A DNA stretch of 63,581 nucleotides, filler included, from Octopus bimaculoides (GCF_001194135.2; 6 parts of 6 records of this genome joined end to end with filler, not necessarily neighbours in it), one strand, 5' to 3'. Numbered from the whole stretch's first letter, positions 1-12,084 are shown. A program made the numbers and translations. The notes: generated from the sequence alone by a model not told the origin.

Positions 1-290
1 TCCACTCCCACATAGTCTATATGCGTGTCCAAGGTAGGGTTCCAGTCCCCTACTAACAGTAAAGGTCGTGACGTTCCCAGGAAAACCTCTAGACGTCTAA
101 GGAAATCCGCCCGACCCGTTAAGGACGGTGCATACACTGCCACCAGACGGAAAGCACACCCGTTTGTGCCATCGACGTCCAAGACAACCAGCCTACCCTC
201 CGGGTCTAGGAATATTGGCCTTACTTTTAGGTTCAGACTCTTCCGAAAAAGCACCGCGGTACCACCACCACCCATGTTTGGCAGACAGGG
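1..290 (-). mobile_element. L1/Tx1-clade LINE ORF2 apurinic endonuclease fragment (5'-truncated, runs off the window start)
   Basis: Stop-free minus frame (absent from the ORF track) reads PCLPNMGGGGTAVLFRKSLNLKVRPIFLDPEGRLVVLDVDGTNGCAFRLVAVYAPSLTGRADFLRRLEVFLGTSRPLLLVGDWNPTLD. It shows the GxAxL, D..GR, VYAP and GDWN motifs of L1/Tx1 APE. Confidence 0.85.
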
Positions 291-292
291 AG

Positions 293-293
<1 letters not shown>

Positions 294-357
<64 letters not shown>
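294..357. repeat. (GATA)16 microsatellite
   Basis: Perfect tandem GATA directly abutting the 5' break of the Tx1 fragment. Confidence 0.98.
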
Positions 358-358
<1 letters not shown>

Positions 359-773
359 CTCACCCTATATCTGTGTAAACCATTCATTATTGTACAACTG
401 TATCTACTCTCATTTCTTATTCTAACCCAGTCCCATTTTCATTCTCTCTCACTCTGTTTCCTACATCGTACACCCGTGTTAAACACCTCATCCTGCCTCT
501 CACTTTCATTTTACTTCTTTTACTGTCACAGCGTCTCTGACAGCTTCTTACATTCATTCTATTTCTTTAACACGATGGCAGATAAAAGCATATTACTAAT
601 TAGTCTATGTGAAAAGTTTGTGAAGTACATAATCATAATTCATGATTATAATGTATAATTACTGAGCGCAAGTCAACGTGGGAGATTTTAAGCTTGAAAT
701 GGCAGCCACAGCCCATCACACCAAAAACTTCTTTAAAAAGTGGAGTGATACACGTAGTCTTGCAATACCTTAC

Positions 774-863
774 GCAGGGACAGGATGGTTGTAGCTAAAA
801 TCTCGTTGATTGTATAATTAGTCACGGTAGAGCTGGGTTTAACAGCAGTATCAACAGCATCCC
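774..863 (-). CDS. Candidate 90-bp phase 1-1 exon (GDAVDTAVKPSSTVTNYTINEILATTILSL), unknown protein
   Basis: Acceptor ...tttattgcctgtatactatcag, donor GTAAGG, open frame. No recognisable homology. Confidence 0.2.
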
Positions 864-1251
864 CTGATAGTATACAGGCAATAAACGAATGATAAAAGCT
901 GGAAACTGTGGAAAGGAATATCTGTGTGTATACTCGTTCAATGTCTCCAACATTTCCACTATAGTACATATATGTATATGGATTAATCTACCAATAACAG
1001 GCAGGGGTAGTTCAATCAGCTGATAACTCCCTGGTTGGATACAGGTCAATATATATCTGGCTGGGGCTGGTCAATCTACAACTATGTATCTGGTGGTGTA
1101 AGGATCAATGACTGTATTTTTGTCTTCAATTTTTTTCCCGTATACAGACAGGCAGACAGACATCCCCTCCACACACAATTACACTACTCTAGACAATGCT
1201 GTGTACTGTTCAGTTATGAATGTTCAACAATAAAGCATCATTACTTTCAGC

Positions 1252-2074
1252 GGATCTTTTTTAAAACGGGGGCCATATTTTTCATTAATGTTTTACGTAG
1301 TGTTTTTGGTACCGAAAGACTTTCAAACTTCGTATACTTATCTATTTTGTGTTATAGAACAGAAAAATATTTTTGTATTCGAATTTATTTCATGTAAAAA
1401 ATTGTGTCAGCATTTCCAACATTTATCTGGAGATCACAATATATAGAAATATTAGTTCATCAGCATTAAGCCAATACTTGTTGATCCATTAGCGATAATG
1501 AATGGTACAAATTAATATAACCTCGGTCTTATTTGAGAAACTTCATATATTGGCTACCATATATCAGTAATACACATTTAAGTGAGCTTAATTCAATTTG
1601 CAAATTTGTTATCATAATTTCGATAATTTCAACCAATCACTGACAAGTATTCAGTTGTTTATATTTACTCCTTGGCTGATTAAGCGATGTAAAGCGTATT
1701 TAATCTCCATACCTTCGTTTTATTTGCTTTTTTCATTTTAAATTTGCTTTAACCCTAACCCTAACCCTAACCCTAACCTTAGGGTTAGGGTTAGGGTTAG
1801 GGTTAGGGTTAGAGTTAGGGTTAGGGTTAGGGTTAATTGTTTCAGAATCGTTTGTTTATGTAGTCGGCACTTAATGTATATCGGCTGAATGGACGTCAGT
1901 GATTGGTTGAAATTACAGAAATACGACAACTTTAACATGGAATAATTTATGGATTTCTTTTTTTTTAAAGAAGACTAAGAGAAAAAGATGTTTTATATGA
2001 CACATTCTACCAATGTTCCAAGTTTCAAAGTGTTTCGTTAATGAAAAATGTGGCCCCCGTTTTAAAAAAGATCC
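1252..2074. mobile_element. Non-autonomous DNA transposon (MITE) with 37-bp TIRs and 8-bp TSD, possibly Merlin/IS1016-like
   Basis: TIR GGATCTTTTTTAAAACGGGGGCCATATTTTTCATTAA at 1252-1288 and its inverse at 2038-2074 (1 mismatch). CTTTCAGC is duplicated immediately outside both ends (1244-1251, 2075-2082). The superfamily is inferred from GG termini plus the 8-bp TSD. Confidence 0.85.
1750..1835. repeat. Inverted telomere-type repeat array (TAACCC)4+ followed by (TTAGGG)9
   Basis: Read directly, with one TTAGAG variant. Enclosed by a 28-bp inverted repeat at 1617-1644 / 1895-1922 (21-bp perfect core). Confidence 0.95.
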
Positions 2075-2129
2075 CTTTCAGCTACTGTTTCGACTGTCTT
2101 ACAGCTTCACTTTCCTTAGTCATCCAGTG

Positions 2130-2221
2130 ATACATACATACATACATACATACATACATACATACATACATACATACATACATACGTACATACATACATA
2201 CATACATACGTACATACATAC
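2130..2221. repeat. (TACA)n microsatellite
   Basis: Tandem TACA with two TACG variants. Confidence 0.95.
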
Positions 2222-2367
2222 TTATAATGTTTAAATTGCGTCCTGTATCTGTTCCCAACCGGAACAACAGAGTATTCAACAGCGATTATTTTTCGTACTG
2301 CATCTGATGTTTGTTTTGAAGGGTCTGACGCTGAATTTAAGGTTGTGTCAGCATTTCCAACATTTAT
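2222..2367 (-). CDS. Candidate 146-bp exon (INVGNADTTLNSASDPSKQTSDAVRKIIAVEYSVVPVGNRYRTQFKHY), unknown protein
   Basis: Acceptor ...tatattgtgatctccag, donor GTATGT. Only one of three frames is open. No recognisable homology. Confidence 0.2.
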
Positions 2368-4510
2368 CTGGAGATCACAATATATAGAAATATTAGTTCA
2401 TCAGCATTAAGCCAATACTTGTTGATCCATTAGCGATAATGAATGGTACAAATTAATATAACCTTGGTCTTATTTGAGAAACGTCATATATTGGCTACCA
2501 TATATCAGTAATGCACATTTAAGTGAGCTTAATTCAATTTGCAAATTTGTTATCATACATTTCAATACAGAAATTTCTAATGATATACTGTGAAAAGATA
2601 GTGATGACTACAAGCAGCATGATTAATATTCTCTTAATACATGAGGTATATAGTGAAATGCAATGCTGATTGAACCAGATCGTTGATCGGGTCCCCCAAT
2701 TTATCTTACATATCATTAAACATAAATCAAACCTTACATATTTCTATCGTTGAACAGTTATATATTTTTTCAACAAAATAAAGAAATACTACACCCATAC
2801 ACGCGTGTTGGAGCGCATGTATATTTGTATGTATATATACTATGTGTACGTGCGTATAAGCATTCCTGGTTACACATACACATGTGTCTGTGTGTCTGTG
2901 TGTGTGTGTGTACATGCACACATATATAAGATATATATGTATCTGTGTGTATAACTTCCTTTTTCTCCTACTCTGCTCCTACCCTCTGCTACTCTATATT
3001 TTAGATAACACAAAATATTGTTGATTTCACACCAAATTCTACACTTTCTTATTCATATCTTTAACATTCCACCAAAAAAATCAAAAAGAAAGTCGCATTT
3101 CAATCTAAGAAAAAATTCTTCATCTAATATGAAATTTCAGATTCCATAGTCTGAAATATAATTCTCGGAATTTTCTTATTTACTTTTTCTTTAAAAAGTT
3201 GCTTTTGACGATGGTGATGATGACGACGATAATGACGGTGATGATGATGATGATGATGATGATGATGACGACGACGATGAAGATGATAAGGACAATGACA
3301 GCGACAATGATGATGATAACAATGATGATGAAAACACGTACGTCATCAATATTTTTTATATTATTGCATTTCAAACTGGTAACTTCGACTGCTGTTGTGT
3401 TGGTTTTACTAGAACCGTTGCTGTTATATTTACTATTATTGTTGCTATAGTTACAGTTGTTGGTATTGTAGTTTTTATTCTTATTGTTATAATCTTGTTA
3501 TTCTTTTATAATTTCTGTTGTTGTTGTTGTGATATGTCATATTTTATACTTTTGAAGACTATCAAACCGGTAACGCAGTGTTAAAAGCAATCTAGCGCCA
3601 GCGCCTTCTAACAATCAACTGGAATTGCCTACTTCTGATGTACACATAAACGCACAAACACATATACACAGCCATACATAGTCGCATGTCAGACGTAGAT
3701 CAACATACCCACATACTTATATACATACACACATGCAAGCATTTATATTGCTATATATAAGTATACACTCAAAGCATTCTCACAAAGCTATGCCTATATA
3801 CATGCATACACACACATATATATATACGCATGCATATATGCATAAATACATGCATATATATATGTATATATATATATATATATATNNNNNNNNNNNNNNN
3901 NNNNNNNNNNNNNNNNNNNNNNNNNNNNNNNNNNNNNNNNNNNNNNNNNNNNNNNNNNNNNNNNNNNNNNNNNNNNNNNNNNNNNNNNNNNNNNNNNNNN
4001 NNNNNNNNNNNNNNNNNNNNNNNNNNNNNNNNNNNNNNNNNNNNNNNNNNNNNNNNNNNNNNNNNNNNNNNNNNNNNNNNNNNNNNNNNNNNNNNNNNNN
4101 NNNNNNNNNNNNNNNNNNNNNNNNNNNNNNNNNNNNNNNNNNNNNNNNNNNNNNNNNNNNNNNNNNNNNNNNNNNNNNNNNNNNNNNNNNNNNNNNNNNN
4201 NNNNNNNNNNNNNNNNNNNNNNNNNNNNNNNNNNNNNNNNNNNNNNNNNNNNNNNNNNNNNNNNNNNNNNNNNNNNNNNNNNNNNNNNNNNNNNNNNNNN
4301 NNNNNNNNNNNNNNNNNNNNNNNNNNNNNNNNNNNNNNNNNNNNNNNNNNNNNNNNNNNNNNNNNNNNNNNNNNNNNNNNNNNNNNNNNNNNNNNNNNNN
4401 NNNNNNNNNNNNNNNNNNNNNNNNNNNNNNNNNNNNNNNNNNNNNNNNNNNNNNNNNNNNNNNNNNNNNNNNNNNNNNNNNNNNNNNNNNNNNNNNNNNN
4501 NNNNNNNNNN

Positions 4511-4544
<34 letters not shown>

Positions 4545-4587
4545 ATATATATATATACATATATATGTATGTATGTATGTATATGAT

Positions 4588-4895
4588 GGACTTTCCCGTC
4601 GTTAGACGACGTATGAGAGTTCGCCAATTTCTTACCATTCAACCGTACAACCACACAGAGGATTTACTTATAGTGATCAAATGTTCGTGTAAACATAAGC
4701 TCACTCCCTCTATCGGATCGAAATTACCTGTACAGGTGCAACGGGTGCCACATGCCAGATGTCGAAAAGATCGCAAAGGAAAATGAAATGAAGTACTTTC
4801 CTCAAGAACACAACGCAGCATCCGGTCTGAGAATCGAACTCATGATCTCACTATCGTGAGTGTAACACCTTAACCACTAAGCCATGCGTCATCAC
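4588..4895 (-). mobile_element. tRNA-derived SINE, head D + tail F
   Basis: A box TGGCTTAGTGG and B box GAGTTCGATTC on the minus strand. Homologous to the copy at 32215-32495. Confidence 0.8.
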
Positions 4896-5019
4896 ACACA
4901 CATAACAAGAAAATGGAGAGTTTTAACATAAACATCAATTTATTAACATATCAATTGTCTGTAACCTACAATTGTTTCCATACCTAACTCATTAAATTAC
5001 AAATTAATAAATCAATAAA

Positions 5020-7570
5020 TTGACGGACTCAGGTGGAATGCATTCTACTTCGACAGAAAAATTGGAAAACATGGAAATACCACAAATGAAGAGATGGCAC
5101 CGATATTAAAAGAAAAAAAACTTAAAGGCTAAAAAATACCCTACCAGCAGCTTTTGAAGATGAATTGTGGGCAATAGTGAAAACGTAAAAATTTAAGAAA
5201 TATCCCCTCAGAGGAAATGAACATTAAAAAAAAAATCTATAATCTTGGGCCTTTAGGAAAAGAAACGAAATTAACGTACATGCAGACTGATAATATCTGT
5301 AATCGTAATATAAATTACTATCATGAACTACTTAAGAAGGAAATTACAAAAAATTATAGGAAGCCAGATAAAAACATATTAAAAACAATTAATTTAATGT
5401 CCAAGCAAATAATGGCTGAATATAAAATAGACGATAGAACTGAACCTTTTGTACCAAAACGACCCAAGATAATTTGAAAAGACCACATGGACAATTTCTA
5501 TAGAAACCCGAAAATAAGATTACTTTGCCAAAGTAAATCGGACCTAGGTAAAATAAGCAAAGCTATTATCGATAAATACATACCCATTCTTAAGAAAACA
5601 TTAAAGCTGTAACTTTGGCCTAACACACAGGAAGTCAAGCACTGGTTTAATAAAATTGAAAACAAAATTAGAAATAAGTTTTTACAGATAGATATAGATA
5701 ATTATTATTCTTCAATTAACCTATTTTGTTAAACAAAGCTCTAATTTAAAATTTGAATGAAATTAACACTAATTTTAAATTTGAATGAAATTAACACTAT
5801 CTTAGCCGCCAGAAAGATAGTTATTAAACTTGACAACCAATATTGGGTTAGAAAGGACACTAACGATAGCTTCGATATAACAATGGGATCAGCTGACTCA
5901 GCACAAGTCACCGGTTTAGTAGGGATATATATTTTATTCAACTTAACTAGGGATTTTCCCGAACTTGGGAGTGTGGTCTGTATAGGGATGACGCGCTCTT
6001 TATCCTTAGAAACCTATCTAATAGAATATTGGAATTACATAAGAAGAAATTTTATAAATTCTTTAAAATATTGGACTATCCACTACTATTGAAAATGAGC
6101 ATAATTCGGTCAACTTCTTAGATGTAAACCTTGTTATTGAGAAACATAAACCCTACCATAAACCTAACACCAGCCTAAGGTATATAAACGTCGGAAGTAA
6201 TCATCCTAAATATGTCACAAATTCTTTGGTCTGGAATATTTCAAAAAGAATTTCGTATCTATCATCAAATGAAGACATTTTAAACAATAATGTAGATTAT
6301 TATAATTTGGCACTTAGTAAGGCTGGTGATAAGCAAAAGTTAAAATATTATGAACCAAACAATAACTTCAGTAATAGAAATAAGTTTGATAAAACGGAAA
6401 ACAACCTTAAATCTAAATACTCAGGGGAGAATAGACATTATGGTAATAATAGATATACACTAAATAATAATAAAATTTTACACGCTGGAATTAGTGAACA
6501 AAACTTATGCAGTATGAACGATAATAATACGGAGGAAGTAAATCTATAATTTGATCATAAAAGCAAAGGCCCTAAAGCTATGTATTATGCCAACATCTAT
6601 AATAGAAATAATTCGGAATACATAAATAAAAAAATAGACGGAGTTAAAATCAATAAAACAGTTGGTACACAAAGCCTTATTAATAAAATTCGTAAAAATA
6701 AAACTAAACTTATCAATATAATTAACTCAAAAATGAACAATTTTAACGAAAATTCTAGTAAGGCCAATATTATATGGTTAATAATATCATCCGCCAATCA
6801 AATTAAAAGTAATTTAACTAAATCGTTTTACAGAATAATTTTCAAATATTTTATTAAGGAAAATAAATATCATGAGATAATTAACACAAAAAAGTTTAGA
6901 TTTGGTTTCTCCGTCTCACTTAACGTTTCTCAAATTATTTACTCAATAATAGAAAATTGAATAGTTCTATAACAATAGAAAATGTGCAAAACTGATGTCT
7001 CACAAAATAACCAGAATGTTTCCAATCATATTGTACGTAAAATTAAATCTCGCAGTGGAGAAAGGGATGTAACCCACGTCTCTTCCATTTTAACCATGGT
7101 ATTATGCGGAAAAGAACTAACAGTGATGATTAATATTGACCACAGATTTATAGAGAAAAATAAAAACATTGGTTGTGTTTTCAAATTCAAAGATAACTGT
7201 CTGCTTAATAATCTTTGCAAACAGAAAAATGTAGTATATAGGTGCAAAGTTGAATCTGAAGGACTAAATTATTATTACATAGGTGCCAAGGAAAATTTTA
7301 AGAAGAGAAGAATCACCAACCAGGAAAACACATTTAGAAATAAAAATAAATCAACAAGCACCAGTCAAAGCAAATTTATTTGGGAATTAAAGGACAAAAA
7401 TAAGGAGTTTAACCTAAAGTGGAAAATAAACAGCTATGTTAGATCTTATAAAACAGCTGAAACTTGTTGTGATCTATGCATTGATGAAATCTTCGAAATC
7501 TAAGCACAGGCTTCTTTACAGTAAACGTGAAAAGGTTTATCATGTACACATTCATATTAATATATATTTA
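5020..7570 (+). mobile_element. Penelope-like element, near full-length but decayed (RT + GIY-YIG endonuclease)
   Basis: Motifs in order across stops and frameshifts: LRWNAFYF; KDH..NF..NPKIRLLCQSKSDLGKISK; FLQIDIDNYYSSI; FDITMGS.DSAQV..LVGIYIL; GLYRDDAL near 5980; VNFLDV; YI..GSNHP; then VVYRC...YYYIGAKENFKKR...W.I...Y.....CDLCIDE. Confidence 0.93.
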
Positions 7571-7641
7571 AAAATTACAAATAAAAATAAAATAAAATAA
7601 AAAGAAGACATAAATTGGATAACTTCATAGATATAAATATA

Positions 7642-8146
7642 CGCAAGAGTGGCTGTGTGGTAAGAAGCTTGCTTCTCAACCACATGGTTGGGCAAGTATC
7701 NNNNNNNNNNNNNNNNNNNNNNNNNNNNNNNNNNNNNNNNNNNNNNNNNNNNNNNNNNNNNNNNNNNNNNNNNNNNNNNNNNNNNNNNNNNNNNNNNNNN
7801 NNNNNNNNNNNNNNNNNNNNNNNNNNNNNNNNNNNNNNNNNNNNNNNNNNNNNNNNNNNNNNNNNNNNNNNNNNNNNNNNNNATATATACATATATACAT
7901 GTGTGTGTGTGTGCGTGTGTGTGTGTATTATGTAATTGTGTGCCTGTATTTGTCCACCCACCATTGCTTGACAACCGATGTTGGTGTGTTTACGTACCCG
8001 TAACTTAGCGTTTCGGCCAAAGAGACCGATAGATTAAGTACAAGGCTTACAAAGAATAAGTCCTGGGGTTGATTTGTTCGACTAAAGGCGGTGCTCTAGC
8101 ATGGCCGCAGTCAAAATAACTGACCCGAATAGAAGAATAAAAGAAT
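7642..8146 (+). mobile_element. SINE family A, full copy with an internal microsatellite (collapsed into a gap)
   Basis: Head gagtggctgtgtggtaagaagcttgcttc, then gap and (TG)n, then tail ...cttgacaaccgatgttggtgtgtttacg...ggcggtgctctagcatggccgcagtc. Confidence 0.85.
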
Positions 8147-8221
8147 GTATTATAAAATACAATTAAAATTTAAAAAAAAAATATTAAAAAAGTCGAATAA
8201 AATAAAAAAATGATAAATAGG

Positions 8222-8223
<2 letters not shown>

Positions 8224-8280
<57 letters not shown>

Positions 8281-8310
8281 TGATGATGATGATGATGTTG
8301 ATGATGATAA

Positions 8311-8363
<53 letters not shown>

Positions 8364-8370
8364 ATAATCA
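8224..8370. repeat. Compound (AAT)n(GAT)n(ACT)n microsatellite
   Basis: Read directly. Confidence 0.95.
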
Positions 8371-8868
8371 TAATATATTTTTCCTGTATATTGACTTTAA
8401 AAATTTGTCTAATGTTAGAAATATTTGCAACACATATTTTGATGACGCATATCTGCTGTAAGTAAAGTAAATTCCAGCAGGTTATCACATGATCAAACAT
8501 ATTCAGCGCGCATATACAGACAAAAAATAAAAACAAAAGCATATACCCAGGTAATAGTTTTTAAAAAAATATTAACAAGCACACGCAAATAAATTTAAAA
8601 CGCACGCAATTAAATAAAAACAAAAGACATACATATTTAACGGTTTCTTTTAAACATTTACATGCACCCATATATGTACGAATATTGACATGCTGAGTTT
8701 GTTGGTGATCACCCGATCAATTATGATGTGATTCCTTTTGTGTCTAATTATCACCCTGGTGAAGTGTTTAACTCGCTATTTTCGAAATGCAGCTTTAATT
8801 TATTAATTTGTAATTTAATGAGTTAGGTATTGAAACAATTGTAGGTAACAGAGAATTTACAATTTCAC

Positions 8869-9012
8869 GGGCATATGGCGTAGTGGTTAAGAGCGCGGGC
8901 TACTAACACCAAGATTCCGAGTTCGATTCCAAGCAGTGACCTGAACAAATAATAATAATAATAATGATAATAATAACATCGAAAAATACCTTAGGAATGA
9001 GAACCCAGGTTC
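8869..9012 (+). mobile_element. tRNA-derived SINE family G, 3'-truncated
   Basis: A box TGGCGTAGTGG, B box GAGTTCGATTCC, then an (AAT)n linker. Confidence 0.75.
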
Positions 9013-9195
9013 AACTGCTATAATACCCATTCTGTGGAATGTCCCAGAGCCACAAAGAATCCTAGTGTCATGGTCCACGCTGTCGGCCACATATTGAGCA
9101 AACTCTTGAATATCTAATCCCTGATTGACAGCTGCACTCCGTTTATACTTTTTTTTTAACCTCTCAATATGAACTATTACTAGTTTTGTATACAA
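9013..9195 (-). mobile_element. Fragment of a transposase-like ORF, superfamily unassigned
   Basis: AAVNQGLDIQEFAQYVADSVDHDTRILCGSGTFHRMGII resembles the QY.ADNVDHN..TLDG..TFHGMGII motif I recall from repetitive ORFs of marine invertebrates. Cut on the left by the SINE. Confidence 0.5.
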
Positions 9196-9688
9196 ACTTG
9201 TAAATACATGATTATGTAGTCATGTATATAAGTTAAATCATACGGATACGCATACGCAATGAGATCCATGTTTGCATGCATACATAGATACATACATACA
9301 TGCATATAAATGCATATATAGATATATCCATACATGCATCCATTCATGCAGACATATATACATTGCACTCGCACATACGCGCACGTTCCATCACATATAC
9401 GTACACACGTACGCATGCACTCATACACACACGCACGTACAACATACAAACATATATACACACGCACACATATACATGCAAGCACACATATACGCACACA
9501 TGCATTCACGCACGTGCGTGCACACACATGCATATAGTGACATAAATACCGATACACCTAAATACCTATAAATTTATAACCTTTAAATGATAATTGCATG
9601 GAAGTAACATTTATTTAAAAAATATGCTATAAACTTGATAAATACCAACAACATCGATGACGACAGCAACAGCAACAACGATGACAAA

Positions 9689-9742
<54 letters not shown>

Positions 9743-9820
9743 TAATAATAATAATAATAATAATTATAAAGTAGAAAAGTTGACGATGATTTTAAAGAAG
9801 AAGAAGAAGGCGACGACAAA

Positions 9821-9862
<42 letters not shown>

Positions 9863-10442
9863 GAAGAAGAAGAAGAAGAAGAAGGCGACGACGACAAAGA
9901 ATAGTAATAATAATAATAATAATAATAATTATAAAGTAGAAAAGTTGACGATGATGATAAAGAAGAAGAAGAAGAAGAAGAAGAAGAAGAAGAAGAAGAA
10001 GAAGAAGAAGAAGAAGANNNNNNNNNNNNNNNNNNNNNNNNNNNNNNNNNNNNNNNNNNNNTTAATTAATTAANNNNNNNNNNNNNNNNNNNNNNNNNNN
10101 NNNNNNNNNNNNNNNNNATATAGGTAAGCGTTGATGACTAGTAGAGAAAGAGACGGAGATACGGGTTGAGATGGAGAGGAGTATCTTTGCCTTTAAAATT
10201 CAGATTGATAATATCGATTTTGTAGATAATGATATTTTGCCAGTCCATAATCATCGTAATCAAGTTTAATGTTACGAGTGAATTACTCTGCTGAAGATTC
10301 TGGACGATTGCTCTCTTGCGTTAAAATTGAAAATTATAAGAAGAAAAACTGAAAAATTATTTTGTCTTATAAAAATATATAAATAACATTTTCTCTTTTT
10401 TAGTTTTTTTTCTTCTTGTTTTGTTTCAATATCATTACCAAC

Positions 10443-10590
10443 AGGTATGGGTGTGTAGTAAGTTGTCTCCATCCTAACCAAATCGTTTCGGGTTCAGTCC
10501 CACTGTATTGTAATCTGTGGAAGCGCCTGCTATTATAGCTCTGGGCTGACCAAAAATCCTTGTGAATTAATTTGATAGGTAGAAACTGAC
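10443..10590 (+). mobile_element. SINE family A head, degenerate
   Basis: cgggttcagtcccactg...ctattatagctctgggctgaccaaa...gaaactga. Confidence 0.65.
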
Positions 10591-10955
10591 ATCGACATCA
10601 GCGTTCCATCACAATCACTATTAACATCATCATCGTTTTCTTGACATTTGTCTTCAGCGCCCTCCTCCTCATCATCATCATATTATTATTATTATTATTA
10701 TCGTCGTCATCATAGTCATCGTCATCGATTTCAGCATCACCCTTATGGTCGTCGTCGTCATCCTCGGCATCATAAGCATCATCATCATCATAGTCATGTT
10801 CACAGTCACCACATACACGGCTCCAACCCATCATAGATTCACTACTACGACCCCCGTGTCATCGTTCAGCATCACCGTCACCACCACCGCTACCATCAAA
10901 CATCACCATTATCATCAACGCCATCATTACCATCATCATAATCATCATCACAACA

Positions 10956-10989
<34 letters not shown>

Positions 10990-11149
10990 CATGCATCAGT
11001 GTATCTACATTTTGTCTCTTCGCCTTTTCATTTTTTTTTCTTTGTTAGAAATCTTGCCAAAAATGTTCGTCAGCCAATGACTAACTATCTCTCCCTCTTT
11101 CCCGCCTTCTCTCTCTCTCCATCTCTCCCTCTCTCTTTCCCTTTCTCTG

Positions 11150-11215
<66 letters not shown>

Positions 11216-11937
11216 NNNNNNNNNNNNNNNNNNNNNNNNNNNNNNNNNNNNNNNNNNNNNNNNNNNNNNNNNNNNNNNNNNNNNNNNNNNNNNNNNNNNN
11301 NNNNNNNNNNNNNNNNNNNNNNNNNNNNNNNNNNNNNNNNNNNNNNNNNNNNNNNNNNNNNNNNNNNNNNNNNNNNNNNNNNNNNNNNNNNNNNNNNNNN
11401 NNNNNNNNNNNNNNNNNNNNNNNNNNNNNNNNNNNNNNNNNNNNNNNNNNNNNNNNNNNNNNNNNNNNNNNNNNNNNNNNNNNNNNNNNNNNNNNNNNNN
11501 NNNNNNNNNNNNNNNNNNNNNNNNNNNNNNNNNNNNNNNNNNNNNNNNNNNNNNNNNNNNNNNNNNNNNNNNNNNNNNNNNNNNNNNNNNNNNNNNNNNN
11601 NNNNNNNNNNNNNNNNNNNNNNNNNNNNNNNNNNNNNNNNNNNNNNNNNNNNNNNNNNNNNNNNNNNNNNNNNNNNNNNNNNNNNNNNNNNNNNNNNNNN
11701 NNNNNNNNNNNNNNNNNNNNNNNNNNNNNNNNNNNNNNNNNNNNNNNNNNNNNNNNNNNNNNNNNNNNNNNNNNNNNNNNNNNNNNNNNNNNNNNNNNNN
11801 NNNNNNNNNNNNNNNNNNNNNNNNNNNNNNNNNNNNNNNNNNNNNNNNNNNNNNNNNNNNNNNNNNNNNNNNNNNNNNNNNNNNNNNNNNNNNNNNNNNN
11901 NNNNNNNNNNNNNNNATATATATATATATATATATAT

Positions 11938-12084
11938 ACGACGGAATTCTTTCAGTTTCCGTCTGCCAGATCCAGTCACATGGCTGTGGTCATCCCGAGG
12001 CTAGAGTAGAATACACTTACCCAAGCTGTCACGCAGCGGGATTGAACCTGGTACCATGTGGTTGGGAAGCAAGGCTTTTGCCAC

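Larger units (their letters stand above)
1402..2557 (+). repeat. 215-bp direct repeat pair (1402-1616 and 2343-2557)
   Basis: Manual alignment shows 3 substitutions in 215 bp. Copy 1 lies inside the MITE, copy 2 outside it. Confidence 0.95.

Noticed and set aside
1750-1835. Ancient telomere-telomere fusion site
   Set aside because: The order is C-strand then G-strand, opposite to a fusion, and the array lies inside a TSD-bounded transposon.
9690-10017. CRISPR-like repeat-spacer array (also considered for the tandem units at 49056-49120)
   Set aside because: Eukaryotic context, no constant repeat with unique spacers, and no cas genes.
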